Source: an uncultured Gammaproteobacteria bacterium (GTDB taxonomy: Bacteria; Pseudomonadota; Gammaproteobacteria; UBA9214). Taken from it: a DNA stretch of 64,000 bases. The translations under genes and the position numbers were made by a program. Shown here in pieces: positions 28,314 through 38,503 of this stretch. The stretch spans positions 128,001 to 192,000 of the forward strand of contig CAVVHS010000003.1 in assembly GCA_963748215.1 (NCBI GenBank), read 5' to 3'. Under the pieces are notes generated by a model. The model had not been told where the DNA came from. It worked only from the letters and a program-made list of their open reading frames with translations, and did not search any database. Numbering within the stretch: the stretch's first letter is position 1; each line of letters starts with the position of its first letter.

Positions 28314-29234
28314 CTATACCGTTTTCATCAAGCTGTCACGGCGACCCACGACGATGAGACCGATCAGCCCGGAGAAGAGCAGTATTGCGGCAGGCGGAAC
28401 GGGCACAGACTGGATCCGGATATTGTCGAAGTCTCCATTGGCAAAGCCGGCTCCCGTACGCCCACCCAGGACCAGGCGGCCGTTGAAGGTATCGAGGTCA
28501 AAGCCTGGAACGAGAATGCCGCTCAACAGATTGTGCACGGTAGCGGTTCCATTTACGTCTTCAACCAGGGTCAGTGCCATCTTGGCATCGGCTCCCTCGT
28601 TGGTGAAGCTCCACTGTGCCTGGTGAAAGACATTCTGGTTGAGGGTGAATGGCGCAGTCAGATCCGCCAGCTGCTCGACGCTGCCCGACAGTCCTGTCGT
28701 GCGTACATTGTTCCCCCCAAAGGCCGAGAAACTGAAGATGTCGAAACCCATCATCACGGAGCCTGCCGGCGCGTCTTGCGTGGGATCTTCCCAGATAGAC
28801 AAGGGATTGAGGGGGCCAGTCGCCGGGAACAGGCTGGTGTCAAACAGGCCGATTCCCAAACCGTCTGCAGCCTGATCAAAGGGGTTGCCCGCGGCCATTG
28901 CATCAGCGTCGCTGGTCATGCGGAAATCAACGAAAACAGTGAATCCCGGGCCCAGTGACCCCGGTGCCAGATCGAACGCAAGTGAATTGATGTTGGATGT
29001 GCTCAGGTTGGTCAGACGTGCGAAATTCCCGGTAGGTCCTCCACCCATCATGGTTGGCACCTGCCCGCTACTGTTCGTGAAATTGAAAACGGAGTTGATC
29101 CCGCCTCCATCGTCGAAGTTCTCGGAAAGTAATGTGTCTGCGACTGCTGTCGATGCGTAGAGTGCCTGGACAGTGCAAAAACCCACTGAAAGCACAAGAG
29201 AAAATACTGGATGTAGAAATTGTCTCGTCTTCAT
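28314..29234 (-). CDS. PEP-CTERM (VPLPA-type) surface protein, possibly lectin-like
   Basis: Signal peptide; ADGLG and GGRTG; C-terminal VPVPPAAILLFSGLIGLIVVGRR. Confidence 0.85.
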   Translation of the reverse strand: MKTRQFLHPVFSLVLSVGFCTVQALYASTAVADTLLSENFDDGGGINSVFNFTNSSGQVPTMMGGGPTGNFARLTNLSTSNINSLAFDLAPGSLGPGFTVFVDFRMTSDADAMAAGNPFDQAADGLGIGLFDTSLFPATGPLNPLSIWEDPTQDAPAGSVMMGFDIFSFSAFGGNNVRTTGLSGSVEQLADLTAPFTLNQNVFHQAQWSFTNEGADAKMALTLVEDVNGTATVHNLLSGILVPGFDLDTFNGRLVLGGRTGAGFANGDFDNIRIQSVPVPPAAILLFSGLIGLIVVGRRDSLMKTV

Positions 29235-29933
29235 TGTGTCACTCCTGACAAGGACAAATATGTCCCTGGACTGCCCAAAAGGATCTATGTTCACTCGCCA
29301 AGCCACTGGCAGATGCACGCTCACGACAGGTTCTGCTGTTGATGGAGAACTGTCACCACACACGGTCCGGTACTAACTAGGCCTGTGTGCGTTGTACAGT
29401 AGCGAGCCACGTATTCTGTCGCGTCGACAGCTGTCACTGTCCGGGTGAGATCCCTGTTGCATTTCTGTAACTGCATTACACAAACAATCAGGGAGGCGCA
29501 TGGCGGTGTGATACAGACCGCAATTCGCGGGGACTGGTCTCGTGACGTGAGGCCGGATATAACCCTGCAATGACTGATGGCATGCAACAGCTCAGACGAG
29601 TGAACCGTTCGTGAGATTCGACAGGATCAGGCCAGGATGACTTGCAGTACCGACTGCCAGCGCGGGGTGTGCCCGGTATATGGCGGGCGCACACGCCTGG
29701 ATGACACCGCGCATAATGGATATCCCGGGCTGTTTTCCTGAACCCGTACCGCTTGGAACTGTTGACTGAATCACGATCGTGGCGTTAATACACTGCAGGC
29801 AGGCGCCAGGGACAGGATCTATACTCCCTGCAAGCGGTATATGATCGCGGTATGAATCACGTTACATACTCCACCCGGACCAGGCCTGTCTCGGGCAGTG
29901 TCTGAAATTCTCAATTCAAAGAGGTTGATTACC

Positions 29934-30668
29934 ATGACAAAAAGCATAAGTTGGGCGAAACGTCTGTGCTCCAGCGGGTTGGTGGCGAGCATGCTGTTGA
30001 CGTCAGTTACCGGGCCGGCGTTCGCCGATCGCCCGGGCGGGTATTCTGACCGCGATGATCACCGGGACAGCCGCGATGACCGGCGGGACAAGCGCGATGA
30101 CCGGCGGGACAAGCGCGATGATCGCAGGGACCGTGACGATCGCATTTCCTGGGGCAAGCACAGGGATTCCGGCTATGAGCCCAGGGTACAGGACAGGCGC
30201 TACGCACCCGACTATCGCTACCGGGATTACCGCAAGTCGCCGCAGGTCGTTTACCGTGGCAAACCGCGTAACCGGATACGCAAATACCGTGATGTGGTGA
30301 TCGTGCGTCCCTACGGCCACTGGTATTCTGGTTATGGACATTATTATCGTGACGATGATGCCTACAAGTGGCTGGCTTTCACCGCCATTACGCTGGGCCT
30401 CCTGAATTACCTTAACGAGGCGCAGCAGCGCGAGTACGAGGCGGCACAGATTTCCGCGACAACGGCGCCGCTCGGCGAACCGATCATCTGGGAGAACGGC
30501 GGCGCCAGCGGTGCGGTAATCGCCACGCGTGAAGGCACGACTCCTTCGGGGCGCTACTGCCGCGAATTCCAGCAGAATGTCGCTATCGGCGGTCGGAGAG
30601 AGGAGGCCTATGGTACTGCCTGCCGCAACCCGGATGGCTCGTGGGAAGTGATCTCAACAGGTCAGTGA
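29934..30668 (+). CDS. Exported protein with RT0821/17-kDa surface-antigen-like C-terminal domain
   Basis: GRYCREFQQ..IGG..EEAYGTACRNPDGSW; DDRRDKR repeats. Confidence 0.85.
   Translation: MTKSISWAKRLCSSGLVASMLLTSVTGPAFADRPGGYSDRDDHRDSRDDRRDKRDDRRDKRDDRRDRDDRISWGKHRDSGYEPRVQDRRYAPDYRYRDYRKSPQVVYRGKPRNRIRKYRDVVIVRPYGHWYSGYGHYYRDDDAYKWLAFTAITLGLLNYLNEAQQREYEAAQISATTAPLGEPIIWENGGASGAVIATREGTTPSGRYCREFQQNVAIGGRREEAYGTACRNPDGSWEVISTGQ
30051..30140 (+). repeat. Coding 21-bp tandem repeat (DDRRDKR)
   Basis: CGCGATGACCGGCGGGACAAG twice exactly plus degenerate flanking copies. Confidence 0.85.
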
Positions 30669-31200
30669 CGGGAAGCGCTGACACACGGTATACGAACGTC
30701 AGGGCAGTGTTTCCCCGGGGCCGAGGAAACACACTGCCCTTACAACCTTTGGTGTGTGTGGGGTCTGACCCGTTACGTCGAGATGCATTTCATGAGAATC
30801 CGGTCTTACCGGCGGGGTGCAGGTCCGGATAGCCGTACTTCTGTTCCATCTCCAGCTGCATTTTCAGCATGTGTCCCATGCCCGTGGTGTTCATCATTTC
30901 ATCCCGCATCTGATCTTCCAGTTCCCGGTCCTCCTGTTTGCATCGCGCGTACGGATGCTCCAGTTGCTCTTTGGTTGCCCATTCATGCGCCGCAAGGAGG
31001 TCGGGAATGGCGTCGCCGGCCCGTTACTTATGTATATCTGCCTGATTGTTATGTAAAAAATGTCCGCTGTCAGGGTATCCGACTTTGGTGCAATTGAATT
31101 ACCGGCCCAGTGGGATAAGCTTCTATGCAACTCCCGGATGCCGGGGTAGGATATTGCCTCACAGTGGCGGCACGTCATTCAGCTACAGGAGGGTGGAGAG

Positions 31201-31590
31201 ATGCGCAATTACATAACAAGCATGCTTTGTGCCCTGGCGTGTTCCGCGGCCGTCCATGCGGACGACAGGGAAAAAACCCTGTATGCCGCGGCCCCGACGG
31301 AACGCCCCCTGTGGCAGCAGACCAGCCCGGGGATGGCATCGCACGAGTACCAGCATACCGTGGATAACAACCGGGAAATGGTGCAGCAGCAGTTGCAGGT
31401 TGTCTCCGGTCGCTTGCTGGCAAAGGCCGGCGACTATGGCAAGACCGTCGGATTGCTCGGTGCGGCCGTTGCCGTGGCGGCAACCGACCGGCGCGTGAAC
31501 CTGAACGAAAGCAAGACCGTCGGCATGGTATTCAGGGACACCGCCAGCAGTGACCGCACCGTATTGCTCGAGTACCGCAAGGCCTGGTAG
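31201..31590 (+). CDS. Hypothetical secreted protein
   Basis: RBS, signal peptide, ends in LEYRKAW. Confidence 0.75.
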   Translation: MRNYITSMLCALACSAAVHADDREKTLYAAAPTERPLWQQTSPGMASHEYQHTVDNNREMVQQQLQVVSGRLLAKAGDYGKTVGLLGAAVAVAATDRRVNLNESKTVGMVFRDTASSDRTVLLEYRKAW

Positions 31591-31752
31591 CGCAACGCTC
31601 AATGCGGTCAATCTGACAACATCACCCAGGCGTGATGACCGGTTGTCCTTTCTTTCACGTCCGCCTTTTTATTCGACCGGTCGCGGCACCTTTTCTTTCA
31701 ACGGGATACGGGTAGAATACGGCCATCACTCAGGGAGGGGGATGGCCCGGCG

Positions 31753-33051
31753 ATGCTACCGGCTCGCACGCTGACAATCACGGGTATCGCACTGTTGCTG
31801 TTCGCCGGTGCCGCACGCTGCGACTCGCGGCAGGCCGAACAGGCCTGGCAAGAGGGTGACTACGTGACGGCGTTGCAGGTGTGGCAGTCACTGGCCGAGG
31901 CCGGTGACGGCGCGGCACAATACAACACCGCCATCCTGTTGCTGGACGGTCTCGGCCAGCACCCCGATCCACAGGCTGCGCTCGACTGGCTGCAGCGTGC
32001 CGCTGCGCAGGGCAACGCCGATGCCCGCTTCTGTCTTGGTTATCTCTATGCACAAGGGCGCGATGTGCCCCGCGATGACGAGCGCGCGGCGCAGTGGTAC
32101 CGCGCCGCCGCCGCCGCGGGGCACGCCGCTGCACAGCTCAACCTGGCATTGCTCTACCGCGATAAGCGCGCAAGGGGCGGCGACGATACCGAGGTCGTCC
32201 GGTTACTGCGCGCCGCAGCCGACCAGGGACTGGCCGCGGCGCAGTACCTGCTGGCGGAGCACAATGCGCAGGGTGAGGTGGCGTCGCGTGATGTGCGGCA
32301 TGCCAACGCCCTGTACCGCAAGGCGGCCGACCAGGCGTATGCACCGGCCCAGCGCCAGCTGGGCCTGATGTTTCTGAACGGTACCGGTGCACCAGTCGAC
32401 ACGGATATGGCCATCCGCTGGCTGACACGTGCCGCACAGCAGGACGATGCCGAAGCGCAGTATTACCTGGGCATGCTGTACCGCACCGGCAAGGGCGTCG
32501 ATCAGGACCCGGCGCTGGCGTTTCACTGGCTGCAGGACGCCGCCTGGCTGGGGCATGCCCGCGCCCAGTACAATCTCGGCCTCATGTACCGGGAAGGTGT
32601 CGGCGTGGAGCGCGACTATCACGAGGCGGCACGCTGGTACCGCGCGGCAGCCGAGCGGGGCGAGCCGCGGGCACAGAACAATCTCGGCAACCTGTATGTC
32701 AGCGGGCGCGGTGTGCCACAGGACTATGTGCTGGCACACAAATGGTTCAACCTGGCCGGTGCCAGTGGCAACGAGAACGGCATCAGGAATCGCGACAAGC
32801 TCGCGGGGCAGATTACCGGGCTGCAGCTGGTCGAGGCACAACGGCTGGCGCGCGCCTGGTATGACGGTCACGCCGACCGGCCGCAGGTACTGCTCGGCGA
32901 TGCGACGGATCCGGTTGCAGTCGATACCACGGGTGACGATGCTGGCACCGCAACGGTAAGCGGGGTGTCAGGTGCGGCCGGTGCGCGGTCCTGGTTCAGT
33001 CGCTGGTTCGGACAGGATAAAACAGTTGCGCAGGGCGGAGGAGGTGAGTAA
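31753..33051 (+). CDS. Sel1-repeat (SLR) protein
   Basis: Multiple AQYNLG.MY..G.GV..D...A..WY repeats. Confidence 0.93.
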   Translation: MLPARTLTITGIALLLFAGAARCDSRQAEQAWQEGDYVTALQVWQSLAEAGDGAAQYNTAILLLDGLGQHPDPQAALDWLQRAAAQGNADARFCLGYLYAQGRDVPRDDERAAQWYRAAAAAGHAAAQLNLALLYRDKRARGGDDTEVVRLLRAAADQGLAAAQYLLAEHNAQGEVASRDVRHANALYRKAADQAYAPAQRQLGLMFLNGTGAPVDTDMAIRWLTRAAQQDDAEAQYYLGMLYRTGKGVDQDPALAFHWLQDAAWLGHARAQYNLGLMYREGVGVERDYHEAARWYRAAAERGEPRAQNNLGNLYVSGRGVPQDYVLAHKWFNLAGASGNENGIRNRDKLAGQITGLQLVEAQRLARAWYDGHADRPQVLLGDATDPVAVDTTGDDAGTATVSGVSGAAGARSWFSRWFGQDKTVAQGGGGE

Positions 33052-33701
33052 TGCGGGCAGCAGGCAGTATCCCGAACATACGTGTCGGTGCGCTCTCGGG
33101 CATGGCGCTGCTGCTGGTTGCCTGCAGCACCGGCGGGCCGGCGAAACCCGCCGCCGCGTCATTGCCGAACGCAGGCACCGATAGTTCCCCGGAGCAGCGC
33201 CTGCTGGCGCTGGAGGCCGGCCTGCAACAGCTCGCGCAACGCGTCGAGGCCCTGCAGGTCGCGGCCGGCTCGGCGCGCGGTGACTACCTGACAAGCGCGC
33301 GCACCGACCGGCTGCCTTCGGAGTACCAGCCAGTCCGGCCGGGCGTCGTGCTGGCCGCGCACCCGGTGCGCAGGGCGACCGTGCCGGCCGCGACACCCTT
33401 ACCGGCGACCGAACCGCCGCCAGCGCCGGTGCAGCAACCGGCGCCGAAGCTCCAGCCGCCCGGCGAGGGTGACTGGGTCATCAACCTGGCTTCCTATAAC
33501 AGCCGGCGTATTGCCAGCAGCAAGCTGGCGGAGTTCGTCGACGCGGGTGTGGCCGTGGAACAGGTCAAGGCCGAGGTCAACGGCAGCACGGTGTACCGTT
33601 TGCGCGTGCCGGGTTTCGACTCCTACCGTGCGGCCAGCGCGGAGGCCGGTGCTATCCGCGTGCAACTGGGCCTCGCCGATACCTGGGTGGCGAGGCGCTG
33701 A
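33051..33701 (+). CDS. SPOR-domain lipoprotein
   Basis: LVAC lipobox, Pro-rich linker, WVINLASY...YRLRV SPOR domain. Confidence 0.85.
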   Translation: MRAAGSIPNIRVGALSGMALLLVACSTGGPAKPAAASLPNAGTDSSPEQRLLALEAGLQQLAQRVEALQVAAGSARGDYLTSARTDRLPSEYQPVRPGVVLAAHPVRRATVPAATPLPATEPPPAPVQQPAPKLQPPGEGDWVINLASYNSRRIASSKLAEFVDAGVAVEQVKAEVNGSTVYRLRVPGFDSYRAASAEAGAIRVQLGLADTWVARR

Positions 33702-33787
33702 CAGGCTTGAAAAACAGGGGCCGTCACCCGATGGTTGTTCGTATTGTCACACCCGGGATCTGATCCGGTTTTTCAGGAGTAAATACG

Positions 33788-34009
33788 ATGTCCGTAGAAC
33801 GCACACTGTTTGCCTTTGGCGGCACCATGGTCATGCTGACCTCGTTGCTGGCGCTGTTCCATCATCCCAACTGGACCTGGTTGACCCTGTTCATCGGGTT
33901 CAACTGCCTGCAGAGTTCGTTTACCGGCTTTTGCCCGCCGAGCTGGCTGATGAAAAAGTTCGGCATGAAAACCGAAGCCGAGCTGGCCGTGGAGAACCTG
34001 CAGATATAA
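33788..34009 (+). CDS. DUF2892/YgaP-like membrane protein
   Basis: FIGFNCLQSSFTGFCP. Confidence 0.9.
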   Translation: MSVERTLFAFGGTMVMLTSLLALFHHPNWTWLTLFIGFNCLQSSFTGFCPPSWLMKKFGMKTEAELAVENLQI

Positions 34010-34029
34010 AGCCCACTCCGGGGCCCGGG

Positions 34030-34920
34030 CTACTTCGCCTTTGCCGTAATCCGGTTCAGTCTGTCGATGGTGGCCTGGCTGTTGTCAAGACTCAGGATCA
34101 GTGCCGTCAGCATGCGGCCTTCGCTGCTGTTGCCGGCCTGTTCCAGTTGCGTGATGAGCGTCGGTAGCACCGAGGCGCCGCCGATTTCCGCCAGTGCATA
34201 CTCGGCCTTGACGCGCACGGACTGCGAGGGGTGCTCCAGCAGGTGTTTCGCGCTGGCTACCGTGGATTCCGGCAGCCGGTAACCGTAGCGCCGCTTGTAG
34301 ATGCCATAGGCCCTGAATGCCGCGGCGTGCGATTCGGGGAACCGGTCCATGTCGCCCTGCAGGATCATTTCCAGTGTGCCGATCATGGCGTCATCCGGCG
34401 GATACATGAGCACCCAGGCATCGATAGCGCGACCCCGCACCGTGTCGTGTTCGCTGTGTGCGATGACGTTTTCCAGTGCAGCCTTGATGGCCTCGGATTC
34501 AGAAATCGCCGGGATTTCGGTGGTGCGCTGCATGAGTGCCAGCACGTTGGCAATCGACGCGGCGGGTTCCGCCACGTACTCGCTGTCATCCTGCAGCAGC
34601 CCGGCCAGCGTGTCATACGTTTGCGCGAAATCTTTCAAATACTCTCCGTTTACAGCGCCCGGATTCTTGTAGGTGTTCAGCGCCAGCAGCAGGTTGTCCA
34701 GGAACAGTCCCTTGTCCCGTACACTGCCCTGCACGGCCTGCTGGAAGATATCTTTGGCCGCGATTTCCCGTGTGGTAGCGACTGCGTCTGTGCCTGCACG
34801 CAGCGTGAGTTCGGGATGGATGGCGAGTGCGCTGGTGATGTACGGTTTGAGCAGCACGCCTGCGGCCAGCCCGATCCCCATGGTGAAAATTAACATTACA
34901 GCATTTCTGGTTATGTGCAT
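34030..34920 (-). CDS. Membrane-anchored HEAT-repeat hypothetical protein
   Basis: C-terminal part of the 1378-aa track ORF; N-terminal TM, LLEHPSQSVRVKAEYALAEIGG repeat. Confidence 0.7.
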   Translation of the reverse strand: MHITRNAVMLIFTMGIGLAAGVLLKPYITSALAIHPELTLRAGTDAVATTREIAAKDIFQQAVQGSVRDKGLFLDNLLLALNTYKNPGAVNGEYLKDFAQTYDTLAGLLQDDSEYVAEPAASIANVLALMQRTTEIPAISESEAIKAALENVIAHSEHDTVRGRAIDAWVLMYPPDDAMIGTLEMILQGDMDRFPESHAAAFRAYGIYKRRYGYRLPESTVASAKHLLEHPSQSVRVKAEYALAEIGGASVLPTLITQLEQAGNSSEGRMLTALILSLDNSQATIDRLNRITAKAK

Positions 34921-35124
34921 TGCTGTGTTTCCGGGCGGTCCCTGCAGAAGCGCCATAGCGTAGCGCCTGCTATCCGCAATGTCATGCACTGGATGGAAAA
35001 AAACCAGCGGCACGTCCTGCCGGCCGGAATCGCAATCCGGATAGCCCGCTTTTTGCCGTGCTAGTGGAGGATTACCCAATCCTGTTAATCCCGATTCTGG
35101 TTTGATCTGATAACATCCCGAACC

Positions 35125-38100
35125 ATGGTCCAGCTCCCCACCGTTCCCGAGGCCGACACTCGCGATGCCATCACCGCGACGCCGTTCGATGACTATGAGC
35201 TCATCGACTTCGGCGGTGGGCGCAAGCTGGAGCGCTGGGGAAACTACCGGGTGGACAGCCCGGACCGGCAGGCGACCGGCCTGCCCGCCGACCGCCAGTG
35301 GAGCGCGGACTGGGTCTATGTCGCCGATCTCGGCGTGCAGGGGCACTGGCAACCGACGCGCGACGGCCTGCCGCGCGAGTGGACGGCCAGGATCGGCGAC
35401 CAGGATGTCTTGTGCCGGCCGGACGCGCGCGGGCATGTCGGCCTTCGCGGCCGCGATATCCCCTGTGCGCAATGGGTACGCCAGCGCATCGACGGTTGCT
35501 ATGACCTCGAGGAAATCAACCTGCTCAACCTGTTCGGCGGCAACGGCTACGTTTCCGCGCTGGCACTGCAGGCCGGCGCCTCCGTGGTGCACGTTGATGC
35601 CAACACCGACATGTTGTCCCTGGCGCGCGTGCATGCCGGTACGCGCAATATCGAATATGTGCACGACGACGTGATGGACCACGTCGAACACCTGCTGCGC
35701 AGCCAGCGGCGGTTCGAGATGGTGATCCTGCCGATCCCGCCCGTCGGTCACGGGCCGCGCGGGCAGATGTGGGACCGCGAGGTCGACATGGCGAAGCTGG
35801 TGAAGTACCTGCCCCGGCTGCTGTCGAAAAACTCGCTCGGCGTATGGCTGTCGACCGACGGCGGTGCGATCACCTGGAAGGCCGAAGGCCTGGGCCAGCT
35901 GCTGCGCGAGGCATTGCCCGGCTGCACGATCGAACCGCTGCATCTTGGCGTGCAGACCGCAGACGGGCGCGTGTTGCCGGCCGGCGTCGCGGCACGCTGG
36001 TACGACGCCACCGAGTTCCTGCAGACCAGCGGCCTGCCGCTGACCGCCGCGCAGCTGGAGGAGCGGCTCGATATCCACATGATCTCGCTGGGTGCGGCCG
36101 AGGAACCGGCGCGGGCGCTGGCCGGCTTCCCGCGCGACCAGCAGGATTTCGTGCTGCACTGGGTGAGCGTGGTGGGGCGCACCAGTTCCGGCATGGCGCT
36201 GAACTTCGTCTCGCATGTCTGCCCGGCGCTGCGCCTGATGGACATGGCCGGGGTCGAGGCCTGGCTGCTGGCGTGCATGGATATCTACGACACGAAGGGC
36301 CTGCACCCGGCGGTGGCGACATTCAGGGACGTGGAGCGTTTTGCGCACGAGCACAAGGCGCGCGCGACCGGCGTGGCGTTCGATGAGGTGGTGAGCGTGC
36401 TGGAGATGTTCGTGCACGGCCTGAGCGGGCGGCGCCTGAAAATCGAGTGCGGCGAGCAGGCGTATACCGATACCGAGACGATCTTCCTGCCGGCCACCGT
36501 CGCGCACTACGCGGCGCGTGATGACAATTTCCAGCTCTACAAGGTCATGGTCGTGCACCAGTGGGCGCAGACCTGGTATGGCACCTGGCGCATCGAGCCG
36601 GCCGAGGTGTTCGGCCGGTTTGCCGATGCCGGTCATACCGTGCAGTGTTTCCATGTGCTGGAGACGCTGCGTCTGGATGCGCGCATACGCGATACGCTGC
36701 CGGGGTTGTACCGTCACCTCGAGCGCTTCCGTGCCGACAGCGTGTTCGAACTCGATCCCGACTGGCGGGAAGCGGCCGCGGCACTGGCGCGCCCGGAGGC
36801 GCGGGTCGAGGACACGCTGGTCTGGCTGCAGCGGCTCATCAATAAGCCGCTCCCGGGCCATACCCTCTACCACGGCGTCATGCGTCCGGACCTGGTGGAG
36901 AAGGTGCGCAGCGCGCGCATCGATGCCGATCGGCAGGCGTTCCGCCTGCATATGCTGCGCCTGGCGCAGGACCTGCACGAGGCGGAGGAGGCGGTGGAGG
37001 AAGAGCCCGCGGCCGCGCAGGAGGAACCCGACAGCGGCGAGCGGCGCCTGCCGTTCGAGCTGAAGCGGGTCGAGTCGGACGAAAACCCGGATGGTTTCGT
37101 GTACCGGATGGAGCTGGACGGCAAGCCGGTCGCGCCGCCCGACAACGTGAAGGGCACCATGGCCTCGATCTTCCAGGACCTGGGCGAGATCCCGGAGGAC
37201 TACCTGTACGCGGCCGGCGACGGCGCCTACCTGGCGGAGGCGATCGGCGCACAGAATGTCGAGGACGTGTGGAAGGGGACCTACCACGAGGAGGGTGCGT
37301 TCCTCTACAACGAGTGGGACTACGAGCGCCAGAACTACCGCAAGAACTGGGCGGTGTTGCGCGAACTGGAGGTCAGCCCGGCCGATGACAGCTTCGTGCG
37401 CGACACGCTGCAGAAATACCGCGGCCTGACAGCGCACCTGCGCCGTACCTTCGAGGCGCTGCGTGGCGAGGACAAGCTGCTCAAGAAGCAGCCCTACGGC
37501 GACAACGTCGATATCGATGCGCTGGTCGAGGCCTATGCCGACTCCACCATGGGCATGGAAATGACCGAGCACCTGTTCACCAAGATGCACAAGCTGGAGC
37601 GTGACATCGCGGTGATGTTCATGGTCGACATGAGCGGTTCCACCAAGGGCTGGATCAATGACGCCGAGCGCGAGTCGCTGGTGCTGCTGTGCGAGTCGCT
37701 GGAAACCCTCGGTGACCGCTATGCCATCTACGGTTTCTCCGGCATGACGCGCAAGCGCTGCGAGGTGTACCGCGTGAAGCGCTTCGACGAGGCCTATACC
37801 GACGAGGTGCGCGGGCGTATAGCCGGCATCCGCCCCAGGGACTACACGCGCATGGGCGTGACCATCCGTCACCTGTGCCACCTGCTGAACGAGGTCGAGG
37901 CGCGCACCAAGCTGCTGATCACGCTGTCCGACGGCAAGCCGGATGACTACGATACCTACCGCGGCGCCTACGGCATCGAGGACACGCGCCAGGCGCTGGT
38001 CGAGGCGAAGCGCATGGGGATCCACTCCTTCTGCATCACCATCGACAGCGAGGCGCGCGACTACCTGCCGCATATGTACGGCGCGGTGAACTATGCCGTC

Positions 38101-38163
38101 ATCGACGAGGTGCGCAAGCTGCCGCTCAAGGTGTCGGATATCTACCGGCGGCTGACCACGTGA
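35125..38163 (+). CDS. Fusion: class I SAM-methyltransferase-like domain + CbbO/NorD-like VWA protein
   Basis: N-terminal DYELIDFGGGRKLERWG, LNLFGGNG, VHVDA; C-terminal YNEWDY, MIDAS DMSGS, YTRMG, LSDGKPDD. Confidence 0.88.
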   Translation: MVQLPTVPEADTRDAITATPFDDYELIDFGGGRKLERWGNYRVDSPDRQATGLPADRQWSADWVYVADLGVQGHWQPTRDGLPREWTARIGDQDVLCRPDARGHVGLRGRDIPCAQWVRQRIDGCYDLEEINLLNLFGGNGYVSALALQAGASVVHVDANTDMLSLARVHAGTRNIEYVHDDVMDHVEHLLRSQRRFEMVILPIPPVGHGPRGQMWDREVDMAKLVKYLPRLLSKNSLGVWLSTDGGAITWKAEGLGQLLREALPGCTIEPLHLGVQTADGRVLPAGVAARWYDATEFLQTSGLPLTAAQLEERLDIHMISLGAAEEPARALAGFPRDQQDFVLHWVSVVGRTSSGMALNFVSHVCPALRLMDMAGVEAWLLACMDIYDTKGLHPAVATFRDVERFAHEHKARATGVAFDEVVSVLEMFVHGLSGRRLKIECGEQAYTDTETIFLPATVAHYAARDDNFQLYKVMVVHQWAQTWYGTWRIEPAEVFGRFADAGHTVQCFHVLETLRLDARIRDTLPGLYRHLERFRADSVFELDPDWREAAAALARPEARVEDTLVWLQRLINKPLPGHTLYHGVMRPDLVEKVRSARIDADRQAFRLHMLRLAQDLHEAEEAVEEEPAAAQEEPDSGERRLPFELKRVESDENPDGFVYRMELDGKPVAPPDNVKGTMASIFQDLGEIPEDYLYAAGDGAYLAEAIGAQNVEDVWKGTYHEEGAFLYNEWDYERQNYRKNWAVLRELEVSPADDSFVRDTLQKYRGLTAHLRRTFEALRGEDKLLKKQPYGDNVDIDALVEAYADSTMGMEMTEHLFTKMHKLERDIAVMFMVDMSGSTKGWINDAERESLVLLCESLETLGDRYAIYGFSGMTRKRCEVYRVKRFDEAYTDEVRGRIAGIRPRDYTRMGVTIRHLCHLLNEVEARTKLLITLSDGKPDDYDTYRGAYGIEDTRQALVEAKRMGIHSFCITIDSEARDYLPHMYGAVNYAVIDEVRKLPLKVSDIYRRLTT

Positions 38164-38249
38164 CAATTGCTCCTGCGGAGTCGCCGGTGCATAAGATCTT
38201 CACGGAACGCGTTTGCTACGGGTTCAACTAACGGGGTGCAGGAGCGCAT

Positions 38250-38391
38250 GACTGCATGGATGCACGCGTCCATGGAGAAGGTGAGATCATTTTTACGGTC
38301 ATTGCCCGGGTCGAGAAGCTGGTCTGGGCCATGCCAGAGCCGAGAGCACCAACAGTAGGCGCCCTGGGCGATGCATGGAGCAATTGCCGAG
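38250..38391 (+). repeat. Structured ANGGA-loop element, copy 2
   Basis: Blocks shared with 11784-11914. Confidence 0.75.
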
Positions 38392-38503
38392 GCCTATGCG
38401 AACCCACTTGATGCGCAACGGTTCGCGGGAGATATGCCCGCGTTGATAGCGGGCCGCGTGGCGACTGACGGCGCTGTTCCTGCGGGCTCCGGCCGTGCCA
38501 GGC

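Noticed and set aside
30051-30140. 21-bp tandem repeat as a separate element
   Set aside because: In-frame low-complexity coding repeat, common in exported proteins of this kind.
34921-38166. Upstream part of the 1378-aa minus-strand ORF as a giant protein
   Set aside because: Antisense shadow of the GC-rich fusion gene; composition is not protein-like.
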